NCBI GenBank assembly: GCA_013239625.1
Contig: MU054212.1
Span: forward strand, 4,436,270-4,500,269
Direction: 5' to 3'
DNA length: 64,000 nt
From: Lama guanicoe
Lineage: Eukaryota
In this document: piece by piece, positions 38,870 through 51,861 of the stretch
Position numbering within the stretch: position 1 is the stretch's first letter
Layout of the letters: each line of letters starts with the position of its first letter
The notes under the pieces: generated by a model
The model's database searches: none
Seen by the model: the letters and a program-made list of their open reading frames with translations, nothing else
What the model was told of the DNA's origin: nothing
Made by a program: the position numbers and the translations under genes

Positions 38870-39340
38870 ACACACATTAAACCCATAACCACAGTGTGAT
38901 CATGACGAAACTATCAAATTCAAATAAAGAGGCAGCCCACAAAATACCTGACCTACATTCCCCAAAGTCGTGAGGTTGTTAAAAACAAAAAAAATTCCGA
39001 GAAGGCTGCCAGAGCTTAGAGGACTCTAAGGAGTCATAATTATTAGATGTAATGTGGTATCTGGGATGGGATCCTGTAGCAGATAACAGACATTAGGTAA
39101 AAAAACAAACAAACAAAAAACCCAAGGAAATCGTAATAAACTATGGAATTACATTAATAAAAATGTATCAGCAATGGTTCATTAATTGTATGGAATGTAT
39201 CATACTAAAAGATATCTTTTAAATAAAAATATACTCAGGTAAGATACTAATAATACGATGGGGGTATACAAGAACTCTCTGTACAATTTCACCATTTTTT
39301 TTTCTTTGTAAATCTACAACTGTTTAGTTTACTTAAAACA
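38870..39340 (+). mobile_element. L1MC-type 3' end
   Basis: atgtaatgtggtatctgggatgggatcctg, gaactctctgtac. Confidence 0.75.
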
Positions 39341-40824
39341 AAAAAAAAAAAGATGTGTATGGAAAAGTTCCTTTCTAAAGGTAAAGGACATTTCTTCCAG
39401 CATACATAAGTATTATGAATCTAGCCGGTCCAGGTGTAAGTATATTGCGTATATAAAAGCTAAAGACTCATACAATTGTTCATACCACAATGCCCAAAGA
39501 TGTGAGTTGAACTTGGTAAATATATATGACATATTGTTTTATAAAGTTCCTGTTCTTCAGGAAAATGTAAAATTAATGTCCTATCACAGTTTAGATTATT
39601 TTAAATGAAATGGCAGTCTCTAATGGGAAACAACATATATTTATACCATGCTTGTTGTAAGAGATGGCTTTTAAAAATGGGGTTACAGGAGCAGGTTTCA
39701 TCGTTCATCTTTTGGGATTCAGTTTCTAACATTATTTATATGTCAACTTGATGGTATTCTTTCATCATAAAGCCTACTTAATTTAGAGTTAATTGGGTCA
39801 TAAAACAAAATACAAACCAAAGGGAAAATCGTGTTATATTTAAGGGTGAAGTTATTTCCAGCAGGTGTTGGTAGAGAAAATTGTTGGCCATAGAAAGTTC
39901 AAGCACAAATTGAAACAAGACCTTTTTGTGACATTTATAAAGCATAAATGTTACATAGATTGCAATGAAAACTTAATGAAGGCATGTACAATTACTTCAA
40001 AGATTAACAGACTTATATTACTTTGAATAATAAAATATACTACTTATGATTCTTAGTTAATGTGGTGTTTCTGTATATTTTTAAAATTTTTAATTTTTGT
40101 TCTTTCTCTTTAAAGACAAAACGTGCATACTGACATCTATCATTAATGTATAACTCCTGCAAAACAGTTGACATATTCCTATATAAAAACATAGCACATC
40201 ATCACTATTAACATCTTATGACAAAATATAATTAGCTATCGGATGTTACGTAAGGAAACTTAATGACTTCTTATTATGTTTCAGAAGTTCCCGTTCTCCT
40301 CTCTATAAGTGAGAAATTTTGGACGGGACATTTTGGGACTTTTAGTTCTGCTCACATGAGAAATGAGCCATCACTAGTTTGAATTTTTTAGCCTCAGTGC
40401 GTTGTAGAGTACAGCCTCAGCACCCAGCTCCACCTCCTCCTTCCAAAAAAGACCCTGAATCTCCAATCGTGACATTTAGACGGCAGAGTTCACTCAGTTC
40501 TATGAGGGGCAGTTTTTGGCGTAACCTATTCAGCGTATTTCCACACTCTTTTTCAAAGTTCTTGGTTCAAGGTTGGACATAGTAGCAAGATCTAAATAAC
40601 GACTTTCTCCTCCCCCAGTGATTAACTTTGTGCTGGTAGTGAAATTTTGAGCAAAGCAGTTACGGGAGAGATGTCAGTTTCCTGATTTCTCCACCTCTGT
40701 CATGATCTTTCTCTGCCATGTCTCTCTTCCTTTTTTTTCTGTTGCATATGGATGAGGAATCAAGTAACTCCAAGAGCTGTCAGTGGCCATGCTGCAACCA
40801 CAAAAGAAGACAGCTATGAAGTAA

Positions 40825-41236
40825 TGTTGCCAAAAAACAGCCTCTGTACCCTGAAAACTGGATTGAGACTCGGAAGCAGAGTTTGGGGAAAATCACAAAA
40901 TAACGGCTTTATTGCTTTGCCAGGCAAAGGGCAGTCACAGCAGGCTTACGCCTTAGAGGCCGTGAACCCATCCTGGGGTTGGGGGTCCTGAGGTTTCATA
41001 GAAAAACTGGGTGGAACAGAACTCCAGAGGGTGTGTCCGTTCTTCTGAGATTATCAGCCCATGACCTCCTTCCTGGAGCTTGACCTCTGGGTTAAAGCTA
41101 CTCTTGGTAAAGAATGTACAAGAGAGGGGCTGCGTAATGGCTGGGAAGCCAGTGTGTGAGTGTGTTTTCTACTTCAGTACCTGAACCCACAAAAAGCTGA
41201 GAGGAAGCAGGGAAATAAAGTACATCCTTAGCAACA
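40825..41236 (-). mobile_element. ERV solo LTR
   Basis: TG...CA ends; gctttattgctttgccaggcaaaggg (minus-strand AATAAA). Confidence 0.7.
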
Positions 41237-42934
41237 TCATAGGCTTAGGGAATTACACCAGCCCCGAAGCCCACCTGACCACCAGCCTTCCTTGTAGCGT
41301 GAGCTCCTGAAGGCCCTCCTAGTGGCATAGTCCATGTTCTCTCCACGGTTAAGAGATCCGGAGGCCTAACAGAGCCATCAGTGTGTGGGCCACGGTGAGG
41401 TATCACTCGTCTGCTTCGTGCTGCGGTTCTCACCTAACCCATCTGTGCTCGGGCAGAGGGGGCTCACGTCTCTGCTTCTGCATCCAGGTGGGAGGATACT
41501 TGAGCAGGCCTCCACAGGTGACAAGAGAGATTGCAATTTCTCTCTCTCTATATATATACTTTCTAGGAAACTGATTGAATGATCGTGGTAAATCAGGGCC
41601 TGTCCTGTGCACCCAACCCTCCACCCATGTGGGCACAAGTGTAAATTTAGGCAGGAGGTAGGAGATTCCCATTTCAGCCTCAGATCTAAGCCACATTCTC
41701 ATATTCACCTTTATCAGCCCCACCCCAACTTTGAGAATTACGGTCACCTCCTTGTCTCATTACTAAGGTGCCCCATGATTCTCATTTGGTTATCACTTTA
41801 TTTGGTACAGTTTTTCTACAGTTTGAAACCTAAAGGGAAAAGGAGGGTCAGTGGAAGGCCCATTCCTACACCAAAAATGTATTCAGTTTGCACGTGATCC
41901 ATGCAGCAGCTCAACTCATTAATGAGTAACAAAGTACGTAACGTATCATGTGCAGCTTTGGGATGGAAGGGTGGCCAGCCAGATCTGCGGTTACGTGACT
42001 CTAATGCATCCCCTCCTCCAGGCTGGATGGTGAAGAACGGTGAACAACGCAGCAGTTACTTCGTAACAGGAACAGCTGACCTTACCAAGTGCCATCTACA
42101 AGGGAGACCCAGTGCTCCAAACTAGGCGTATTTTTCTGTCCCCATAATAACTACTCCAGATTTGTTCAGAGAGGCTAGAGAACTCAGTCAGCAGCACTGA
42201 AGGTTTGACAGCCTGCTTCTTGGAACAGGCCTGCATTCCTACGGCATTCCTGGGGACAGCAACAGCAGCAACTTCAGAAATATGTTAGTGCTGCCTGACT
42301 CCCTCATCCCCGAAGCATCATTACTGAAACTCCCGGAGTATACTGAATGTTTCACCTCCTTAAATTCCCCAGAGCAACCGTCCTGGGTGTAACTCTCCTT
42401 ATCTCCTGGCTGGTAGAATCCCCTCACGGTTTTCACAGCTCCGTACGTCCCTCCCGTCAGAACATCAGTAAGCTTCAGTTCCATCCACTTCACTACTTGT
42501 GTTGACCTGGAGTAAATTATACAACTGCTTTTTCTCCAGATGTAAATTGCATGTCACACTTCAAACATAGGACTAGGTGGGGCCAAGATTAAATGTGTGT
42601 GAATCAGCGGAAGTGCCAGGAATATCGACGGGCACTCACGGATATTCTGATTGATTTCCTTCCCTTAACAGTGGTTCTGAATGTTCTTCAACAGTTTGCC
42701 GAGCGCGCACACTATGCAGAACACTTTGGTGAATGCATGGAATCTACAGGATGAAGCCCAGACTCCTTAGATTGATACTCATGATTTCTCACCATGAAGA
42801 ATGACCCCTTTACAACGCTGTTTCCACCACCACGTGGTTCTCAGATCACCGTGTGCCACACACCTTATCCATTCAGAGATGTTCTTAAATCTGCAGGGAA
42901 TTTTGTGCTTCTCTTCCCGCTAAAATCCTGCTTC

Positions 42935-43095
42935 TGTAGTAAACAATCTTATGGTTACCGGGGGAAAGGGGGTAGAAAGGGGTACATTTGGGAGTGTGAG
43001 ATTTGCAGATGTTAGCCACTATATATAAAAATAGATTTAAAAAAGAAAAATTTCTTCTATACAGCATAGGGAACTATGTTCAATATCTGGATTAC
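42935..43095 (+). mobile_element. L1 3' UTR fragment (camelid/cetartiodactyl-type)
   Basis: cttatggttacc..gagatttgcagat..tatacagcatagggaactat. Confidence 0.7.
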
Positions 43096-43146
43096 TTATA
43101 GGGATAAAAGAAATCAGCACTCAAGAAAGTAAAATTCACAATATCT

Positions 43147-43435
43147 GTGAAAGAAACCACCTTTTTCCTCTACTGCTCACAGCACTTCTGACACCAGATG
43201 TGTGTTTTCCACACCAGGCAGTTTTCCAGTTCTTCGTGGACACCGACTTGGTGCCATACAATTTAACTCAATTCTCACACTGACAGCTCAGAATTAGTGT
43301 AAGGATTCAGCCTCATAAGATTGCTCCCCACTTCAGATTCTCGGCTGCATTCCCAGGGTAGCCCCTGCACTTCTGATAGGCCGCCTATAAATGGGAAGGA
43401 CCCATGACCCCTTCCTTCCATTCAGTAATTTAGCT
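43147..43435 (-). mobile_element. MER21-like LTR fragment
   Basis: cacttctgacacca..caatttaactcaattct..ccccacttcaga. Confidence 0.7.
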
Positions 43436-43721
43436 AGAAACGTATAAAATTGAATAAAGTTAAAAATCAATTAAGTCTTGATTTTTGATATTCTACCTCC
43501 ATGACTTCTAATGTATTTAGAAGTACTTTGCTCACAGTAATTTCCATTTAGTTTTATACGTCCCTTCTAATTTATCCCAAGAGAATGACTTTATAATTAG
43601 TATCCAGTGAATAAATAAAAATGATATGAACTTGTGTTTATTCAAAATGGATTAATATTAATTCTGAAGTATTCAGTTTCTTTATTAGCATAATAAAACA
43701 TTTAACACTGTTTGGAATTAC

Positions 43722-43798
43722 CTATTTTTTCCCTCACAGCACTACTTGAAAGCTTTGAATTTAGAATACCATCTTTGGATTCTAAGCATTCTCCAGTA
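43722..43798 (-). pseudogene. Myosin fossil exon, post-loop 2 helix
   Basis: ccttcgatcatcttacag| ... ag|gtaatt. YSKFKAF resembles TV.SKFK.SL; phase-2 end matches the next remnant. Confidence 0.45.
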
Positions 43799-44119
43799 CT
43801 GTAAGATGATCGAAGGAATATGAAACCAACATAAGCACACAATATATATGAATTTTTATGGTAAATTTTGATACATGGTATTATATATTATAAATTAAAT
43901 GTGCTTTTAAAAAGGAAGTGAACTTTAGAAGAGCAAATAGTCTTTCTTATAAATTAAATATACATTCTCTAATATATTTTAAAGATATAATATACATTTT
44001 CTAATATATTTTAAAGATATAAATATATGAAATCCAATCAATTCTGTTATGTACCTTTATAATAATGTAAGAGCTTATAAGGATAGATCCTTGTGTATTT
44101 AATACATGCAACTTTTTAC

Positions 44120-44474
44120 CCAGATATTGAAACTGTCTACTGAGAATGAAAAACAAAACGTGGACTTCACTCTTTCTTGTGTGCAAATTCACTTTTGAAT
44201 ATCCTTCAGTCAATTCACATTTTAATATGAGGTTCAATATGGAGTCTCTAAGTTTTGCTGTAGTTCCTGAACCACGGTATAGAAAGCAAGAAAAAAAGCC
44301 GACTGTCCCATGGTATTGATGGTCAGAATCATTTGTGGTGTTCTTTGCAAAATACAAGCACTCCTGCAGTTAGCACTGTCTATGCTGACAAAAACACATG
44401 TCTGCCGGTGGTGACACACGGTTTTTGCTTTGTTCTTCAATTATAGTTATAACTTCCTTTCTGATACACATCCT
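44120..44474 (-). pseudogene. Myosin fossil exon(s), LDEES-TD-HYAG.V-loop 2 entry
   Basis: Strong acceptor tctcttttcttataatcacag|. VITIIEEQSK..ADMCFCQ..*..YFAK..YHGTVGF..FL..KLRDSILNLILK resembles LLSLLDEES..TD.TF.QK..Y.K..HYAG.V.Y..FL.KN...L...+L.L+. One stop in ~118 codons; donor |gtaaaa tentative. Confidence 0.65.
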
Positions 44475-45499
44475 CTGTGATTATAAGAAAAGAGATACAT
44501 GAGGAGCCATTTATCTACATCATGACTCTGATAATATCCTTCCCTGTTGCCACAGAAACCCAGATCATGGTCATATGTTACTGTGAAAATAGGAAATATG
44601 AGAGTATTAAGATTTGCAGCTCCATCCTTTAACTCTTGTTTTATTTTAACACATGGTCAGATCTCTATTTGGTTTGCCTAGCTTACTTACATCACCTGTG
44701 TCTGACAGCTCACTGTCATGTTTTGCTCTGCAAAAGGTATGTCTTAGGAATTTGCACCTGAGCTAAAGGAGATGCGCACACAGTGTGTTCAGTTTTCTTC
44801 TAAAAATACATGCTAGACAGATTCTAATTCTAATGGACATATCATGATAATGCAAACATTATGATGACTCGATCTCTGATGGATTAACTCTGTATAATTA
44901 TGCAAAGCTATCAGCTTAGGAGATTTTAAAAACTATTCATTGACTGTACCTTTAAATGCATTAAACTCATTTTTGTTCCCCTTGGCAGTAATGGGTTATG
45001 TAGGTCACAATAACTGGATAACTTTTTCTGATTCCTTTTATTGTGCCTCACAGACCTGAAAAATGTGAAAATAAGGCCCATGTTTTGCTTGGCTTCATAG
45101 TTTTGAGAAGTTTATATTCGTCCACAAGTCTTTTCACTGTCTATTGTTTGAAGGCTAAAACAAAAATCTTCCAACAGAAATAAAAACTGCTTACATATGT
45201 GCCCTCATTTTCTTTGTTTCTAGTGATAAAAACCACTGGATATTAGCAATTAAGAAAGATGACAAAACAGTAAGTATATACCCATACTATAACTTTTTTT
45301 TGATTGTTCTAAAATTTTTCATTTTGACTTAGGAAACTATGTGACCAAAACCTAAAATAAAACTAAATCTTACTGAAGTGCATTCTATCAGAATTTTTCA
45401 GTAAGAAAAATAAATAGAATTTATACTTATTTTTTTCTTTTCTTACCACCTTATTTAGCTAACTTGATCTAAACTAGTCAGGTCACCTCAGATATATAG

Positions 45500-46050
45500 G
45501 TTTTTTCAAATAGTCACAAAAAATAAAATGCATACATTTTGAGAGTACAGTTTGATGGGTTTTTGGCAAACGTATACTGTCATTTAACCAATATCCGATC
45601 AAAATATTGAACTCCATTACCAGATGATAAAGTTCCCCTCTATGCCTTTCCAGTTAATTCTCATCCACTCTTTCTGCCCTAGACTCAGCCACTATTCTGA
45701 TTTTTCTCTCGAAAGACTAGTTTTACGCGGTCTGTACTTTCATATACGTGGGATCATACACTACGCACTGTTTGATGTCTTGCTTTTTTTGCTCAACATA
45801 CTGTCTTGAGATCATCATATGCTGTGTGAGACCTTCTTTGCTCTGGCTGTGTAGTGTGCCTTTGTATAAATATACTACATTGTGTTTATCCAGTCATCTG
45901 TGAATGTATCTTTGTGTTGTTTCCAATCTTTCTCTCTCTCTTTCTTTTTTTTTTTTTTTGCTATTATGAACAGAGCTGTAATGAACATCCTTATAAAAAG
46001 ATTTTATGATGAATATGTCTTAATTTCCTTTGAAAATGGTTTACCTGGAA
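45500..46050 (-). mobile_element. L1MB-type 3' end
   Basis: gtacagtttgatgggttttt, gctattatgaacagagctgtaatgaacatcctt. Confidence 0.7.
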
Positions 46051-46079
46051 ATTACTACTTTGAAAATTAAATATCTGGG

Positions 46080-47140
46080 AATGTCTGCTGACTATTGATT
46101 TATAGCCTTTCAATCCCAAATTCATAATTTCGGCCTGCTCTGTGAAAATGGATCTGGGCCTTTGGAACGTTTTTGTCCTTTGTCACTTGGCACCTTGTTA
46201 GGTTTTGTCAATAGAGGGCGCTAGAGAAATACTGCAGGAGGAGGTAGGCTTGCTTCAGGGTGTGGCAGGTGGCTTCCCGGCTCATGTCTGCCGTGTAGTG
46301 ACTTCTCCACCTCTGACTTCTTCAACACAAGCAGCTCCTCTGCCCCCGACTCCTGCTGCGTGGCGGACCTGCACCCAGTAACCAACAGCTCCCCCTGGCA
46401 GCCCACTCGCCCGGGAAGTTTTCTAGAACATCTCCAGTGACACGCCTTTCTATCAACAACTTCCCCCACAACTCTTTATTTTTTTTCAAACAAATTTTTG
46501 AGGTATAATTGACACACAAAAAAGCCCTGCCCATATTTAGTGTATACAGTTTGTTGAGTTTGTTCATAAGCATAGACTTGTGATACCACGACCACAATCA
46601 AGGTACCATAACCATTATGCTAAGTGAAATGAGTCAGTCACGGGACAAAGCTGTCATGATTTCACTTACACGTGGTGGCTAAATAAAAGAATCAAATTTA
46701 TCAAAGCAGGAAATAGAACGGTGGTATTGGGGATGGGGGGAGGTGAAAATGGGGAGTTTTTCAATATAAAATTAGTATAAATTAGTTTTATGAGGAACAA
46801 GTTTGGGATCTGCTATATATAACATAATGCCTGTAGTTAACAAATTACCTCAAGACTCTTGAGTTGATTTTCAGCAAGTTCCACCCACGTAGCACCCACA
46901 ACCTTTCCCTGCCATCCAGGGAGCCCCCTGGACCTTCTCCTAGAGGTGGGTGCCTCTTCCTTGGGTGTTCATCTCAGACCAAGATGTGGTGACTGCTCCT
47001 TATTTTCGCTATTCCTCTATTTTTCTGTGTTCGTTCTACTTTTCTGATTTCTAATCCCTTGTTTTATTTATTCATTTTCACATTAAACTCCCTGTTCAAC
47101 TTGCTCATACTTTCTTCTACTTGAACCAAGACTGATCCAG
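46080..47140 (+). mobile_element. ERVL-type LTR (LTR33/41-like) with nested L1 pieces (~46480-46850)
   Basis: tttgtcaatagagggcgctaga hallmark and attaaactccctgttcaa terminus. Confidence 0.55.
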
Positions 47141-47419
47141 AGTCGAATTGCTACATCTTAACGGTGAGTGTGTGTCTAACGTTCTTAGAAACTGCCAAGA
47201 GGCTTCCTGAATTGGTTGTATTTTCACTCCCACCAAATATATAGGAGTTTTCTAGAAACCCTCTGTTCTCTCGTGCATTCAGAAGCATGCAGTCTTGTAC
47301 ATTTTAGCCATTCTAATGTGTGTGTGTAATGGTTGCTGTGGTTTTACTTTGTAAGTCCCTGAAGATCAATAAATTTGAACATCTTTTCATGTGCACATGT
47401 GGACATCTTTTCACGTGAA

Positions 47420-47935
47420 AAGATATTATAATAAAATAACATGGGCTAGGTGGCTTATAAACAAGAGAAATTTATTTCTCACCGTTTGGGAGGCTGGCAG
47501 TCCAATCAGGGTGCCATCGGTGAGTGCTGGTGAGGTCTTGCTTGGTGGAGAGAATAGAGGGTGGGGTGGTCAGTCTCTCTGGTGTCTTCTTATAAAAGCC
47601 CTAATCCCATTCTTGGGACCTCCATCCTCACGACTTCATCTAACCCCAGTTGTCTCCCAAACTCTCTACCTCCAAATGCCTTCTGTTAAAAAAGAGACAA
47701 CAGGCCCCATGTAATTGTGTGTGGTGGGGGGAGGGGTTCTCGTGAGGCTGAGCCCTTGACCTGTGGGATGTGACACTATCTCCAGGTAGATAGTGTCAGA
47801 ATTGATTTAACGTGTAGGACACCCAGCTGGTGACTTGCCTGGAGACTTGCCTCCACACTTTTGGTGACCATAGTGCCAGAAGTGAAGTGCTCTGCGCAGG
47901 CGGCAGGGGCGTGAAAGGAAACGCGACACCAGGAG
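47420..47935. mobile_element. MLT1 fragment (-) followed by MER21-like fragment (+)
   Basis: aatttatttctcaccgtttgggaggctgg; tagatagtgtcagaattga..ggacacccagctggtg. Confidence 0.65.
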
Positions 47936-49069
47936 GTAGTCTGGACTGCAGTTTTCCTTCCACGAGAAGCCTCTAGTGTACCAGTGGAGGTGGACGGTGT
48001 GATTAGCTCAGTGATGTGCATCTTACGTCAGAAAAACGCAGGGAGTAAGGGACCTACGAAGACCATCAGTGAATTGAGCAGTGAAAAGAGAAGCAAGGGA
48101 TCCGATGGAAAACTGGACCAGGTGTTGAGAAGCCTTGCTTGCCAAGAGGCAGCTGGGACTCGGCAGACGTTTTTGAAGGGGCAGTAAGGTGAACAGACTT
48201 GCATGTTAATAAAAAATCACTCCTCTGTGAGGTGAAGAGAGGCTTGTGAAATAGAAGAAGATGACCTACAGCAAAACTCAAGGAGTAGTGACTTTAAAGA
48301 GCAGTTAGAGGTAAAAGAGGTTTTGACACAACAAAGAGAAGTGAGCTCAAAGGTCCAAGGCAGCGAGAGGGAGGAGCGGAGACAGGAAGGGGTCAGCTGG
48401 GCCCAGGAGGGCGAGCGCGGGGCCGAGAGTGATCCGTGATGCTCGAAGCCGCAGGAAACCAAGCGCTGTTTTCAGACCTTTGGTTTTTGCAGTTGGGAGC
48501 TTATGGGTGAATTTTCCCACTGCGGTTTTACTGGCAGGCTTGAGGTGGAAGCCTTATTTTGTGATTCTGATGTGAGTGGGATCTGAAGAAGGAGTCGCAG
48601 TAAATAAAGTAAACCGAGTCCTCACTGAAGGCAAAGGAAGAAGTGGCTCTAGGATAAAGCAAGTTGAAGGTAGGGAATTGTTTTGGGGTTTTTTGTGTGT
48701 TTTTTTTAATCAATTTTTTTAGCTCACATTCTCAGAGCACATTTTTAAAAAGTCTTCCGAAGCATTCATTGTGTTTGCCTTGTTAATGGTAACTTTCAGG
48801 AAGACTCTAGGACTGTAATCTCAACTAGTTGATGAGCTGTTGGAAGACATGGATTACACTGTATTCATTATCTTAATCCCCATAGCGTGTAATTTCTAGA
48901 CGCATAAGAAATGAGAATTTAATAAAATTGAATTCATCAGTAGGTCGTATTTCATTTTTCAAATGATTCTCAAGCATTTTATCTTGAATAACAAATTTCG
49001 TCGGTAGTAAAATGTAAAAGAGCCCGTGTACGTCTTTCGAGAGAGAGAGAGAGGCGTCACAGTCAGGAG

Positions 49070-49242
49070 TAGTGGTTTGCCAAGTGTGGTTCCCCAGACC
49101 AGCGACCGCAGCGTCCCCTGGGAGCGTGCGGACCTGCAGCGTCCTGGGCTGCACACAGACCTACTAAACAGAAACTCAGCAGCTTGTGTTTTTCCATGCC
49201 CTCCAACTGATTCTGATTTGCCTTAACGTTTGAGAACCATTG
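49070..49242. mobile_element. MER5A hAT-Charlie MITE
   Basis: Terminal inverted repeats tagtggtttgccaa / ttgagaaccattg; internal cagacctactaaacagaaact. Confidence 0.8.
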
Positions 49243-50269
49243 ATAAAGAGAAGTAAGACCCTTGGGCTTAACCAAAGCTGTTTTCACATCTCACTTTTGT
49301 CATTTAGAAGCCACATGCAGTCAGAATGTTTTGAAAAACTCCAGAATGCAGTTTCTTCAAGCAAGGTCATGGGAGCTGCCTTGAAGAATCATTATGAACA
49401 GTGAATGATACAGTAGGGGAAATCAATTATCCCATTGTCTGATGCAATGTCAATATTAAATAAATGTGAATTTTTCTATTTAATATACAACGTGTTGCTA
49501 ATGTGGAATTATGATTTGTAGAGAAACCTAGAAATAACGTAGTTAAAAAGGAGGGGTGGATGGTGGACGGGGGGTTGGGGGTGGGAACTGATGTAGGCTG
49601 AATATATTTGGCAGTTGTCCTGGGTGCTTTTGATAGTGTCATCTAGATTCAAAACAAGGCCTGTCTCGCTTGAAAGGCTATTTTATTTTTAGCATCACTC
49701 CAGGTACCTTTGTGCCAAGAATGAGTTCATTAGTTGGCAAAACAAAGCAACACGAAACAAAACAAAAAGGGTTCTAGTATAAGGAATTCCTGCTTTTCAC
49801 CTCAAAACTTCAAATCTTTCTTTGTTTTTAAAACTTGGGAGTCTGTGAGTGCATGGGGCGGGGGGATATACACTATGGCAGTGCTTTAATAGCAAAATTC
49901 TAAATAAGGAACATTTCTCATATTGGGGGAAAATAAAGGCACTAATTCTTGTTTGCACTGTAAATGCATTTTATCATCTGGGCAGGAATGGAAAGATAAA
50001 AGGATCAATCACAGGGAAAGGCATGCATTTTTCAGAGCTTTGTCTCTTTCTATTGTTCAGCTTTAGCAAGGGTATTAAAACAGCTCTCTGTAAACAGCTC
50101 TTACTCATACTGCTCACACTTTCCTATAGCTTCCCCCACTCCCCACCCTCTATCTTTAACTGCAAGGTCAGCTCTGCACTGTTGCGAAGAAAACCGTTTT
50201 GAAACCACCCCTCCCCCTTTCTTTCATGCTTCAAATATATCTCTGAGCCCTGATCTTGAATTGACATAC

Positions 50270-50415
50270 ATTTAAAAACAATTCAATCATGGATTGATCA
50301 GCTGATCCAGTGCCACACAGACTACAGCTTGCTCTGCCATTGTTTCTTTGTTGCTTGTGGCCCTTTGTTTGAATCCTGCAGCATCAGCCCTGACTGTAAT
50401 AATTGACTGAGGGAG
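50270..50415 (-). pseudogene. Myosin fossil exon, relay region (frameshifted)
   Basis: catag| ... |gtatgt. Pieces in three frames (SLSQLL..LQ / FKQ..MAEQAVVCVALD / DQSMIELFLN|) resemble NSFEQLC..LQ..FNQ..EG+..DN.P.LD+FLQ|. Confidence 0.45.
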
Positions 50416-50507
50416 CTATGCCACAGGGCACAAAATAACAAAGGAAGAAAAATATGAGCAGTTAGTGAAAGAAGTCGGGGGAAAAGACATAAATAAACGT
50501 AGTGTAC

Positions 50508-50648
50508 CCAAGTCCTGCAGTGCTGGTGGAATCCTAGCCAAGGCAAGGTAAACCAGGTGACTGTATCTTTATCTGAATGTTTGGGAGGTGAATTCAAGGA
50601 GACACATTGTGTTGCAAAAGCCATGTGAAGACTTCAGATGATCATTTC
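50508..50648 (-). pseudogene. Myosin fossil exon, helix O to switch II (141 nt, phase 0-0)
   Basis: cttag| ... |gtacac. EMII*SLHMAF..VSLNSPPKH..FTLPWLGFHQH resembles DAMAKSLY..INSLLKH..IGILDIFGFENF. Confidence 0.5.
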
Positions 50649-51209
50649 CTAAGCTAATGGGACAAACACATCCACACATAGATAAATTCTAAACCTAAAT
50701 GGCCTTCACAGTTTGAGCTCCTTAGATAATATGGTAATGAATATTTTAGAAAAGTCTACATAGATAATAGTCATCAAGTCAATAAATACAGGCTGGCTAC
50801 ATCTCTGGTAACATTAGCATATAAATCCATCTGTGTGAACCATTCAGAAATCAGCATTTAGCCTTTCCCATGAATTTGAATAGGACCTAATAAAATCCCT
50901 AAACCTTCTATGAGGTTTGTGTATACCGGAGGAAATCATAGCCTTTTCAAATCTCTGGATTGGAAAGGACCTTAAAGGTCAGATAACCAGTTACCTTGTA
51001 ATGAGTTGTTTGCGAAAAGCAACATTATCAAGTTGTGTCTATTGTAAACTCGCATACAATTGGTAATTCGGGCAGAAGCTTAACATCTGGGGCACTGTGA
51101 TGACAATTCATGAGGCAAGAATTTCAGAAGAAATTCTTCAATCTGTGAAAAAGATCATTTTGAGCTCAGTGCCTTTTGCATGAGGGCACAGCATTGGGTT
51201 AAATGAAGA

Positions 51210-51861
51210 TGAGACAGGAGAGAAGGGGGCAGGGCACAGCCACTCAAGGAATGACAGCAATTAACACCAAAATGGTGGAAGATTCAACTCCCGGGTGGCC
51301 TTGAGGATTATGATGGCTGGAGGTTTGACTTCTAGTAGAAACTGAGCTTCATTATATGCTCAATGTAACATATTAGCATGACAAACAACATACCCGCAGG
51401 CGCCATGATGCTCCCAAGACTAACCGCTAAAACCCAAAGAGTGGGCGGTGGCCCAATCCCTGGGAATCCCAGCCCCTTCCCCAGGGTAGTTGGAAGAGCC
51501 CCACCCGTAGGTGTGTGAAGCTACCAAGCCCGTAAAAACAGGCAACACCACGCTTAGCAGCCCATTTTCGCTCCCTCCTCTTTAGAGACAGCCGGCACTC
51601 TGTCTACAAAGTGTGCACCCACTTTTACTTTAACCTGAGCACCCAATTCCCACACCGCTCTCCTTGCCTTTTTCTTGCCTTACACTCTATGCAGTGTGTA
51701 TCTCTCTGAATGAATCTACATTTACTCAGCTGTGGCTCGCACTTGAATTCTTTCCTGCACGAAGCCAAGGACCCACACCTGGCGGGGCACGTGCCAGGGG
51801 CTCCACCAAGACCTGGGACACGGAACTCCTCCTCACGCCCCACGTCCGTTTCCCTGCATCA
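51210..51861 (+). mobile_element. ERV1-class solo LTR (MER41-like), copy 2
   Basis: TG...CA ends, perfect 4-bp target-site duplication AAGA, homologous to 8938-9566. Confidence 0.9.

Noticed and set aside
41245..42493. Several 60-105 aa ORFs in GC-richer sequence
   Set aside because: No splice or homology support; likely old LTR-derived or neutral sequence.
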